A stretch of 51,674 bases of DNA, the filler included, from Catajapyx aquilonaris (lineage: Eukaryota), in NCBI GenBank assembly GCA_000934665.2. It is 3 parts of 3 records of this genome, joined end to end, with 100 filler letters (N's around TTAATTAATTAA, not from the genome) between each part and the next. Parts side by side here need not be neighbours in the genome. Positions count along the whole stretch, not along the records: positions 1 to 17,165 come from JYFJ02007014.1; positions 17,266 to 34,428 come from JYFJ02007015.1; 1 more part is not named here. One strand, written 5' to 3'. The notes beneath the pieces are model-generated. The model was not told where the DNA came from and did not search any database. It saw nothing but the letters and a program-made list of their open reading frames with translations. Positions within the stretch are counted from its first letter, which is position 1. Every line of letters starts with the position of its first letter. The position numbers were made by a program, and so were the translations under genes. Positions 12,144 through 22,723 of this stretch are shown piece by piece.

Positions 12144-13781
12144 ATGTTGAGGTCAAATAGAGTGATTCAGATGGAGGAAGGGAAGGCGCCAGAAGAAAAT
12201 TCAAAGAAGGATAATGCATTTTGGGAAGTGTTGAGACCAGTGGCCATCTTGTCAGTGGTCGGAGGAATCGCTCCTTTTCCGTGGCCCAAGAAAGAGGAAG
12301 ACTTGAGAGGGAAGTGGTGCAGACGGTGGCCAACAGTGATTCATTTTGCACTCTTCGCAGCATATATCGCCATATTTGTGAGTAATCCTCCAATGGAATG
12401 GGTGGGGCGATGCGAAAGTCCAACGCGAAGAGTCTCGTTTTTAATATTTGAATCGGTTTTGAGTGTTGGTCCGTGGATCAACTTCATTTTGATCCAAACG
12501 AGAGTGCCTGCCATCTGGAAGTTGATCCATCGCTTTTCACACCAGAACATGGAAAGTCATAAGAAGAAACTTCGAATTTATGCAATCCTAATGGTGATAT
12601 ATTGTGTGTCCCTTCCCCCATTACTTGAGGCCGACATGATTGTCGAGTTCGCTCAGGAGTCCAGATCACTTACAGAAATAATTCACAGTCTTTTCATTAT
12701 GCATTGCATCTACTTGCTGGTCGTGATTCTCATTCTGCTGACATTTCTGGTGCTTCTTCACCTGTCGCGCCTCAAGGATTTCAACAATGAAGTGATCAGT
12801 ATGTGCCATTTACTCTGCACGTCAAGTGAAGAGGCGCAGAATGATGTCAACATGATCCGGAACATGAGACAATCAGCTGATCTGTATCACGAACTGGGTC
12901 TTTTGGTGGACATGATGGACGACACTTATGGCATATTTATCATGACGACTTTTCTCATTTCTGTCACGTGGAGCACAAGCGTCCTTTTTTATTTGCTTAT
13001 GATTTCCACGGGACCACCCATTGACACCGGTTTGGGACTTGTTGCCGTCGCTGCAGTGGCATCTTCCCTGGTTGCATTCTCCAGTATCCTGGGATCCATT
13101 CAAAAGCAGGTAGAGGGTGTTACTGACAATAAGAAAGTCACAGCAAAAAGGCATTGCCTTCTTCTTTTTTAAAAAAAAATTTACCCCGTGAATGACCTGT
13201 TAGGTCTTTAGGGGGTGGTGGATTACCACCATTGGTATTTTTTGGAGCGTGTTAAGATGGAATCTTATTAGTGTACTCCAGGGTTTGTAGGAGGGGATGT
13301 GCAAAGTGCATGTGCGCTGTCGTTAATTGGTCATTTTGTGAACTCCCCCGGGTGGCTTAGTCTATCGGAAATTGCCACCCGAAACGAAGTCAGAGATGGC
13401 CCAACTCTGCACGAAAGAAGGTGGGAACCCCGGGTGGGGATTGAACCCGGGACCTTAACTTCCGTGGGCGCGCGCGTTACCGCGGCGCCACTCCGTCTCC
13501 CTGTAAAGGCATTGCCTTCTCATGGTTTAATTGGCTGTTATGCAATACACTTGGCAATACAACTTCGGCCATAGCCATTATAATATGCTCACAAAATGGC
13601 TAAAATTAACTGACAAAATGCAATGTTGTTGTCCTGTTTAAAGTGCTTATTGTCAACCTGATTACACTCGTAGTAAATGTTACTAAATTGTAGTAAAACC
13701 TCGGTTTTCCAGAGCACCAGGTCACTTCCCTACCTGATAAAAGCGAATCGTGAAGTGACCAATCCACGCATCAAATCAGAT
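12144..13781 (+). CDS. Gustatory receptor, copy 3, partial (exons 1-2 only; intact versus pseudogene status unknown)
   Basis: Exons 12144-13109 and 13713-13781 are intact and paralogous to copies 1 and 2. Similarity stops at 13877 in intron 2, where an LTR begins. Exons 3-4 are not seen before the piece ends. Confidence 0.88.
13163..13504 (-). mobile_element. tRNA-derived SINE in GR copy 3 intron 1
   Basis: Minus-strand head has A-box-like tggcgccgcgg and B-box ggttcaatcc. A 16-bp TSD aaaggcattgccttct lies at 13147-13162 and 13505-13520. The paralogous introns of copies 1 and 2 have the single empty site. Confidence 0.92.
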
Positions 13782-13877
13782 GTAAGTGTGTTTGTCAATA
13801 TTATGCCCTGCACATATTATCCACCTTGCATGCAGCATCATCACAAAATCATGTGTGATATTTACCATAAAATATAT

Positions 13878-16800
13878 TGTCGCGTACCTACCCGGCTAAG
13901 GAGGCACGCTACTTGGAGCTATAGGCCTTAGTGACCCCACCAGCCTAGCCCCTATCCCCTTTGGCCCCAATCACCCCAAAGGAGACACACAGTTACACTA
14001 CAAACTGCCTTTAATATCCAACACTAATACACTCTACTCACGTACAACATCCGGGGCCCAAGGCCCCTCAGAACACAGCCCACGGGCAGAGGCCACCTTC
14101 ACCCAACCTCTCCCTAGCCTGTCCAACCTCAGTCTGTCCCTTTGTCCACACACCCTCACCCTACATCCGCCAACCTCCGCCAGGTGGCTCCCTTATCAGT
14201 GCCCAATATGCACCCCTTGACAGGGCAGTCCTCTGGCGGCATGGCCCACACAGGCGAAGGACATGCCACAGTGCCCCCCTCATTAAGAAAAAGGCGGGGT
14301 CGTACCGTACCAACAAAGTTTCAAAACAAAATGGCAAAAGAAAAAAAATCACTACAAAACCCAGAAAACAATAATCTCAACATTGAAACAGTGGCGGGGG
14401 GAGGGAGAGGGGAGAAGGAAAAGACACCAGTGAACGTCCAAAGCGCTGGTCTACTGATGACATCATCCAGCCATCCAGGACAAGAGAAGCATGGCACCAA
14501 TGTCGACGGTGGATTCACGTGCACGTCCTCAGCTGGCAACCGCACCGGCATCACCTCCGGCATGCACTCATCCTGAGCAACGGTCAAGTCCAGCCTCTCC
14601 AAAGCATGCACAGGTACCCCTCCGGCCCCACCAATGGCCACGTACCCCAGCACCATCACACCGCCGGTCCACAGACGCACCAAAGTCTGCAAGGCCGCAG
14701 TCACCATGTGCACAAGACACCTCTTCTTGCACTGTACCACGGTCGCCTCCCATGCACCGTGGCCACCACCACTGACTGTCCACCACCACACCAGGCAGCA
14801 ACTGTCCTTCATCCAGCACAAAACGGACCACCAGGCCGAAGAGGATCACGTAGGGAGAGAGGGGTAGGGGAAGGAAAAGGATAGGTAACGCCACAAAAAA
14901 AAACACTACACATGAGTTCAAAAGTCTCCAAAGGCAATGGCGGGATCTGCGAGTTCTCCAAATGGGCACACTCCAAGAAAAAAAAAAAATTACACCAAAC
15001 ATCACACTGCTAAAAAAAATTCAAAAGCCCAACCAATCTGAAGAGTTGCTCACAACACACAAAAACCACAGGTGCATTGCCAGCAACTCAGGACAGAGAA
15101 CGCTCTCATTCAAGCAATAAGAGGAACCCCCCATTACCAAAAAAAAAAAANAAAAAAACTGGCCAAAAAAGGCAAAACGCCACAAAAAGAAGGAGGGGGC
15201 ATGCCCCAACAAAAACATACCGCCCTCTGCTTCATTCGTTAACCTGAAACGAAGAAGCCAAGGTGTTCCACAGCTCTTTAAAAAAACCGCCAGCGCCTGT
15301 TAATCCTAAAACAGACACCAGAAGGAACAACAATACTCCACCATATGCCACTCCAAGCAAAATGACAATATAGCTCAGGAAGGTTTAACCCACGAAAAAA
15401 GTGGGCGTCGTGGACCTTCCTGGTGTGTCTGGGTGACACAATCACATCACCCAAACAACCAAACCAGCTCTTTGGGGATGCACTTCACACCCCATCGAGC
15501 CAACCTGGGAAAGTACCGTCTGTACCTCTGCCATTTCCCAAATGACCTTGGGTCCATTGTTGCCAACCTAGGACCAGAGGAAAGGGATATTTCCCGAACC
15601 ACCTCCGCTAACTGGCCCTTGCTGCAATTGCAAGTGAATTCACCCAATTCACGCTTAATGCAACAGCCAGCGCTACGGTCAGCGAGGTTCACCTGACCCA
15701 AGCCTTCAACGGTCATCACCGTAGAAGCAGGTCCATCGCCACCAACGTGAAGGTAGCTGCTAAGCACGACGGCCGCTTCAAGCAAACTATCACATGGCTG
15801 GGCATTGTTGTCAACTGCACCCGGTCCGTCCACCCCCTTTCAAGAGGTGGCGAATGCAAAACAATGTCCCCGTGATTGTTCCCACAACAATCAGGATTGG
15901 GAGGAGAGGGGTTTCCACCTGCTGCCGACTCCATCCTGCGCCCCCCTGGGCGTCGAGGACTGGCCTCACACGGACTTATGCACGGTGGGGGTGGAGTTGG
16001 GAGGGATTCAGGATCTGCAGTTTTGGCTGCGCCTTGCGAGGAGTGAACCAACGCCAACGCACCGGGGTCAACTGCAGGGGGAAGGGATGGGGAAGAAATG
16101 TCGGCCCCAGCTGACCAGCACTGCTGACGCGTGGCCACGCGTCCAGCACAGTCTGGCCCCAATACCGGGCTCACCACCGACCACTCGCCTCCGCTCACTG
16201 GCCACCCGCATGACCCCTCATGCTTACCAGGGTGCCGACTACCAGCAGAGCGAGGGAGTAAGGGAGGGGAAGGGAGGGGTGTGGGAGCAGGAGCAATAGT
16301 GTGGACGTCCACTTGTACACCACCAAGTGACTCACCACTATTACACCCCTGTACTTTCGCGTCCAGTTCATCAACTGACGCTTTGGTGTCCATAAATGCC
16401 CGTCCCTCATGACCCAGCATTCTGACACCAGACGGAACAGTGTCCACTGCCCTCCGTAGGCCTTGACCTTCCACAGGTTCCTGGCCAGTGTGCTTTTCTG
16501 GCTTCCCGGCCATGTACTCTGCACCATTGACCCAACATGACCCTGGCAAACTGTCATGTTCAATGGCTGCAAGAGTGTCACATGCCGGTGCCTGCACAGC
16601 GGGTTGCTCAACCCTGGCCACCCTATGGGCTGCTGCCTGAACACCAACAGGCTGCACCCCGGGCTGGCCCTCCTGCAGTTCAACTGCAGGGGTAGGCAGG
16701 TTAGCAAACCCACCATTTGAGCCCAGAGCTGACCAGCACTTACCAGTGCCTGGTACAGTCGCTTGCCATGCCAGAGCATTCATTCCGGCAATGCTCATAG

Positions 16801-17070
16801 CATCTTGACGAGCCAACACAGCATCCATTAACCACCTGGTCTGCGTGGGCGGAGACCCCAGCAACTTTATCAATTGCGCTTGTCTCTCTGCCTCTCGAGC
16901 CTTCTCATAAAGCTCCTTGAGGTCGGTGAAGTGCTTCCCTGTCACCAAGGGATAATGCACTGGGTTCATCCGTCTTAAAACGAACTGAACCTTCACCTGA
17001 TCCGGAGCCAACGGATCCAACTTCCGAAAGTATTCATTCATTGCCAAAATGAACTCCGAAAGTGACTCCC
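13878..17070 (-). mobile_element. Degenerate Gypsy-like LTR retroelement (3' LTR, PPT, integrase remnant, gag-like ORF)
   Basis: LTR 13878-14270 (tgt...aca) with adjacent minus-strand polypurine tract (PPT) aatgaggggggc. The minus-strand reading GESLSEFILAMNEYFRKL..VKVQFVLRRMNP..FTDLKEL (ORF 15716-17047 and just upstream) is retrotransposon gag-like. GNNGP near 15550-15567 resembles the integrase SDNGP motif. No RT recognised. Confidence 0.78.
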
Positions 17071-17165
17071 CTTACGGAAATTTTAAGGTTGTAGTGAGGT
17101 TGTATGCAGGTTGCAAGACCAGGTCGTATGGAGGTTGGAAATAGGTTGTTTTCACGAGGTTGCAG
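17070..17165. repeat. Cluster of aggttg repeats, possibly the subterminal region of a DNA transposon interrupting gag
   Basis: About six aggttg/aggtcg motifs in under 100 bp following cccttacggaaa. Gag similarity stops here. Confidence 0.35.
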
Positions 17166-17265
17166 NNNNNNNNNNNNNNNNNNNNNNNNNNNNNNNNNNN
17201 NNNNNNNNNTTAATTAATTAANNNNNNNNNNNNNNNNNNNNNNNNNNNNNNNNNNNNNNNNNNNN
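17166..17265. other. Artificial contig spacer
   Basis: 44 N + TTAATTAATTAA (stops in all six frames) + 44 N. Confidence 0.97.
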
Positions 17266-18462
17266 TTGGATGACAAGAATGAAATCGCCATCAGCTAAGT
17301 CATTGCTATTAGCACCCTGTTGTTCACCCTGAAACTTTGCAAGGAGTACTGGATTCTTATCAGCCTTGTCTTCCATTTCCTTCATCCACATCAAAACACT
17401 GGTGGCATCGTCATCATGGCGATTGCCATGCCCGGCAATCCCATATGACTTACCGATGTTTTTGATATCATTCTTGGTTAGTAATTGCATTCTACTTAAG
17501 ACCCCATCACCACTGAGTTTACGTGCATCATGCAAGATAGTGTCAGAACTTAACTTGGCCTTCAACTGGTGTGCAATGAGTTCCCTGTCATTGCCGCTTA
17601 GCGGTAGCAAACCAACATTCAGCTCGTGCCCATAATGTTCCATGCAATATGACACATGATATTCACCAGACGGTTTCACCTTAACTACCATGTGTGCAGT
17701 GCAATGCCTCTCAATCTTTCTGCTCTTGTTAAAGTCATTTCCTACCTCGGCCCTGCAATTTCCTGACCTGTTGCAGTACATACGGACAACATTGTAGTGA
17801 GTGTACCTCTCAATGCCACAAATTTGCACAAAACTTGTAGTGGTCTGTTGTTCCATGTCTGTCTTCCAAGTCTCAAATTCTGACACATCAGTAAAGCTTT
17901 TCTCCTGCATGAAATATTTTGCAAAGTTGTGAGATTCGTGCAAGTGGTGTGTGAGGGCTTTCAAAGTCACAAAAGTTCCGGTACAGTTTTGACATCGTAT
18001 ATGGTGCTCTGCGTCAATTACCATGTCCGTGTGTTCAGTCCGAATGTGATTGTCAAGGTCTAAAAACGTTTCCGTGCAATACTGGCAAACACTGCCAAGC
18101 GAAACACTTTCATCTACTCCCTCGATACCATTCCCGTTCCCACATGTTATTGCAATATTATCAAGAGCAGTTAGTTCATGAGATGGTGGAGAAGTGCTTG
18201 TCACTGTTTCATTTCCCACTAGCTGATTCAGATTATGAATCTTCCTATGTCGAGAGAGACCCTGCTTGTGTTGAAATTTTTTGTCACAAATGGAGCATGT
18301 AAATGCGCCCTTGACCTCACTTTTTTCAGGGTGTCCATTCTTTCCGTGACTTCTGAGCTTGTGCTTCCGGAGGCTGTCTTTGCTTTTGAAACCCTTTCCA
18401 CAAACCTCACATGTAAATACCTCATTATCAAGGCCAGACAAACTAGATGCATGTTGCGACAT
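17266..18462 (-). CDS. C2H2 zinc-finger protein fused to a Mutator-like (MULE) transposase N-terminal region, truncated by contig end
   Basis: Fingers CEVC..HKLRSH, CSIC..HRKIH, CQYC..HIRTEH and CQNC..HLHESH. These are followed by FETWK..E..T..SFV, YCNRSG..SRKIERHCTAHM..VSYCMEHYGH (WRKY/FAR1-like DNA-binding domain), LLTKNDIKNI, DDATSV and DFILVIQ. In this family that stretch precedes the MULE DDE domain. Confidence 0.82.
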
Positions 18463-19032
18463 GATCCAAATTCATATGCAGACAAAATCCCACAAAAAAT
18501 TGTTCACAATACAAGAATCGCTGAAAATAAGAACTACTGTATATTAGTGCAGGTGGTGATGTATACGTCACCAAATCTAGTCTAGGCGTTCCTCTAGGCT
18601 GCGGCTGGTCTCAGAGATCCGACAGTGGTGTAGCAGGAAAACCTTCCTCTGCTACCTCAACTGAAGGAATGAGGATGGAGGAAGCAACAAGCAAGGGTAC
18701 ACAAAAAATGATTCACAGTATTGGCGACAGTATGTCTAGACGCACCACGTGACCCACTGCAGGCAATGAAGGGGGTTTTCAGGGATTTATTTTTCTATGC
18801 CTCAGTTTAGAGTCAATTATTGTAGATTCCTGCTGGTCTTCGTGAACTACATTTTAAATTGTTTCGGCATTGTTTCTCTAGGCCTATATATAATAGTTAA
18901 TGCGTAGTCCAAAACTTTCAGAATCAATATAGCTACCTTAGTTTTAGCAAATAATTATATGACTTATTTCTGAATGCCTTGGAATTCCTTTCTCCCTCGG
19001 CAACAGGAGGATTCAGCAGTTAGTCATCCCTA

Positions 19033-19263
19033 CAGGGTGTATCAGAGTCACAGGTCAAGAGCGCGTGAGGGGGTGGGGAAAACTCGTAGGTGGCGACTAT
19101 ACCGGCCACTATACCCCGCCGGTCGGTTTTATAAGACAATTAGAAATACCGCGCCGTATTTCTAATTGTTTTATAAAGCCGACCGGGGTATAGTCGCCAC
19201 AGCCTACGATTTTCCCCCAGCCCCTCACGCGCGCTTGACCTACTGTGACTCTGATACACCCTG
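19033..19263. mobile_element. Palindromic Tc1/mariner-type MITE
   Basis: TA|cagggtgtatcagagtcacag...ctgtgactctgatacaccctg|TA. The arms pair nearly to the centre (ttagaaatac..gtatttctaa). Confidence 0.88.
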
Positions 19264-19326
19264 TAGAGCCCCAAGGGTAACGGCGAGAGAGCTTATTGTA
19301 GTATGACTAACAGTTCCTTTGACTAA

Positions 19327-19546
19327 CAGGGTGTCCCACAAATCTGGACACATACTGGATTGTATTGTTGGTTGCCAGTTGTGCGACTTGTGCCAACTCC
19401 AAGAATCAACCTGTCAACATAGCATGGCGCTAAACTGCTGCCGTAGTTGTCACAACTGAAAACCAAACCAACACGCTGCATTCTATACAATTCTATATTA
19501 TTTGATATTATCTAGTATGTGTCCAGCACACTTTGGGGTCACACTG
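19327..19546. mobile_element. Tc1/mariner-type MITE
   Basis: Degenerate TIRs cagggtgtcccacaaatctggacacatact / agtatgtgtccagcacactttggggtcacactg|ta. A related left end starts at 11598. Confidence 0.65.
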
Positions 19547-22241
19547 TATAGGCTGACAGAGAGACTCGTCGACGGCGCGCCACACACGCTCTCACACACA
19601 CACAACTGTAAAAATAGTTTTAAATAATAATACCATAATATACTGTATGTGTGGGAAACAGTGAATAGACAATGACAAATATTTTGCCTTATTTTTTTTT
19701 ATTGTTTTCCGTTTATATCGTGAACTGCCCCTTATTGTTTCTCTGAAATTAATGAAAAATAACATTTTGAGTTAAATAAAAATGATCTTTAACATACTCA
19801 AACGCTTAAATTTAAAATACCTTCCACCGTCACATATAGTACTATACTACCAAGTTATTAGCTCTTGATACTACTCATTCCTGTCATTCATGCAGTTTCG
19901 TACATATGCAGGCGCTATAGGTGAAAATACTACCCTCACCTTTATGCCAAAGACAAGTACCAGTATGTGCAAAACTCATGTTTTGTGATAAATGATATTA
20001 TCATATTGAAAGTTCCCATTTTTAATGACTTGGATTGGGAAAATTTTAGTTTCAATCAAAATTTAAGCTGAATATAGTATTCGAAAAACAATTCGTCATT
20101 TTGCTATGATAAAATATCGCAAGACAATTACTTGAAAAATAACAAAAGCCTATTTATAATGCACACAAGTGCCTTTTACATAGGGCGACAGCAGTTAGTG
20201 CTTTGTTCAATTCATACGATAATATAGTGCACAAAGGTGAAAGGTGAACAAAGCGTGTATCAATCTGGCTAGAGATTTTATTACAGCCGATAGCGAATAT
20301 ATCACCGCTCAATAACTCCTGGAATATTCTACGATCAAAGAGAAGCGGGCTAATATTAGTAGTAAATTGTAAAAAATATATATCAGGTTTATTAGTGTCT
20401 TGATATCTGGTAAAACTGGCATTAATAACGTTTCTAAATGTAGCGCACATTCTCACGATTCAGACGGACCAAAATAGCAAGAAAATCAATAAGACCAGCA
20501 CCTTTTGTTTCTAGGAATGAACTATAATAACATTTTTGTTTAAACATGGTTGTAAACAGGTACGCCTAGTATGGGTAAAATCAGAGAACATTTATTTGCC
20601 AACAAAAATCCGCATCAGAAACGTGAAGCAAAATTAATGACGATAAATGCATTGGGCGATGCGAAATCACATCTTCGCTCGCATCTTCGTGAGTTTCTAC
20701 AGTTTCTATAGGCGTGGTAATCAAAAGGCGTGCGTGGTTTACCCCAAGTTTATACCCACCTCGCTCAAAAAACAAAACAAAAAAGCAACAAAAAGCGAGT
20801 TCAATAATATGCCTGGAAAGTCCGGACCGGTATTTACTATAGTACCGGCATTCAAACCATTTTTACAATTACGTGGGGCCTTCCCGATCTTGCAAAAATC
20901 ACAATGATTTACCTTATTTGATGAAGAAAGGAGAAAGTCACTTTTGTGAAACGATGCGTTGCATAAATAATTGCATTCTTGCCATTCTAGATACCTATGT
21001 GCAACATTGCGAAATTGTGAATAGCATATTATAGGCTATTACATGCAAATCAGTGAGGCCATAATTATTGCCACCAGATATTTAGGATAATAAGGGAATT
21101 TTTTTATTGTGGTGTTAATACCTGGGGTGTACCGTAATGATATGACGAGCTACAGCAAAAACGAATAGGCAAGTATAAGGACCTATGTCACGGGTAAAGA
21201 TTTATTTGGGTCAAGAAATGTCAGGAAACGGCAAGGCTGGCCAGATCCCAACCCGCAAGTTGCATTCCAATCTCTTTTCGTCCCCTCGACGCCTCCAGGG
21301 GTTTGCATTCTCAGCAGACGCATGTGGCGTTCATGGTGTGTGTGTGTCACGCTGGGTGGGTGGGTGAGCGAGAGGGAGAGGGGTCTGGGAGGGAAGCGGG
21401 AAGGAGGGGAGGCCTCCATCCTCCCTCTCTCCTTCTGTGGGCCCCGCACAGCGCGTTCGAATGGCATGAAGCATGGAGACATGCGCCACGCACGTCTGCG
21501 CACACCCTGACGTCACAGTGTCACGATGCTACTCCTGCAGGAACCTTTACGTCGGCTGCAACATTATCGGACGAGGTGTTTGTGGCATGGTTGCATGCAT
21601 TGAGGAGAAACCCATTATTTGGGACGTGTGGACTNAAACATTAAACTATTGCCAATTTCCTATACTGCAGCATTGCAATTTGAAATCCCGCCGGAAATCA
21701 AGTTCCAATATGGCCGCCCCATAAGGACTACGTGGAGACAGTACCCTCTCTAGGGTGGGGCAGGCAACCATGTAGGTTACCCTGGCCGTGAGAAGAGCCG
21801 CGGGAGAGTCTCTCGGTGGTTGTTGTTCCGCTAAAACCAGTCTCAGCACCGACTCGTGGGGAAGGAGACTAGGAGTGGAGCTTGGTGAGGATTGGAAGGT
21901 GTGTGAAGGACCGTGGGAGGAAAGGTGGGGATGAGGCGCACCTGCTCTTGAAACCGGGATTGATTGCGAGGCCTAGGCTCACCTGGTTCATTCCATACCC
22001 TTGGAAAAAGAACATGTCATTTAGGGGAGTTTAGGGTAGTATTGAGGGAGTGGAGGCACAGGGCTAGGCATTGGGGTGCCCCGCAGCTGGCCCCCGGGCC
22101 ACAGCACACATTCACAGACACCAGGAGAACTCACAAGTCGCGGAAGATCTGACAAACCGTGCCCAATAAGCAACAACACAAGTCAGGCTCGAAGATGTAC
22201 CCAACTACCAAGACCGTCGTCATTGTTTTGATGACGTAGAG

Positions 22242-22417
22242 CAGGTGTTCTTAACTTTTTCATGCCCCCGCACCCCTGTGAAGACAGTTGGTCCTTGTCG
22301 CATCCTCTATACCAGGGGTGATTGATTAAGTACATTGTTAGACTAATGTAAGTCCAGAGGTGGACCTGGCTCACACACCCAGGGGAGCCACCTCACACCC
22401 CAGGTTAAGAAACGCAG
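22242..22417. mobile_element. hAT-like MITE
   Basis: caggtgttcttaac...gttaagaaacgcag with partially matching 8-bp flanks acgtagag / atatagag. Confidence 0.55.
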
Positions 22418-22723
22418 ATATAGAGCTAATATAAAAGGTCAATTATTACTGGGGATTCCTGTATTTGTTGTCCTGTTGATGTGTGACCTCTCTTCTGACC
22501 CACCCTGTAGTGCTGGAGTGATTGCGAGGACTGGCAGTGGATGTTTCCAGTGGTTTCAACCAGTTGATAGCAGCACTTTCCTATTGGCCATAATTTTTCT
22601 GCAGCATAATTTTTTACTGGCCCTCTTCTTTCATATCCTCACCTTTTGTCATCAGTCTTTGCTCAGATCATAATTTTCATTGTGTTCCAGAGGCTCCTTC
22701 AACAAGCCAGCAATTGTAGGAGC

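Noticed and set aside
13425..13500. Real tRNA genes here and at 24360-24427 and 35155-35229
   Set aside because: No convincing cloverleaf. Each head runs into a SINE body and tail, and two copies have TSDs.
14142..16779. Many overlapping 80-190 aa ORFs
   Set aside because: Shadow frames of a GC-rich retroelement interior.
21186..22154. Solo LTR candidate (tgtca...tgaca, minus-strand AATAAA near the end)
   Set aside because: The flanks (accta / aaccg) do not form a TSD and there is no second copy in the window.
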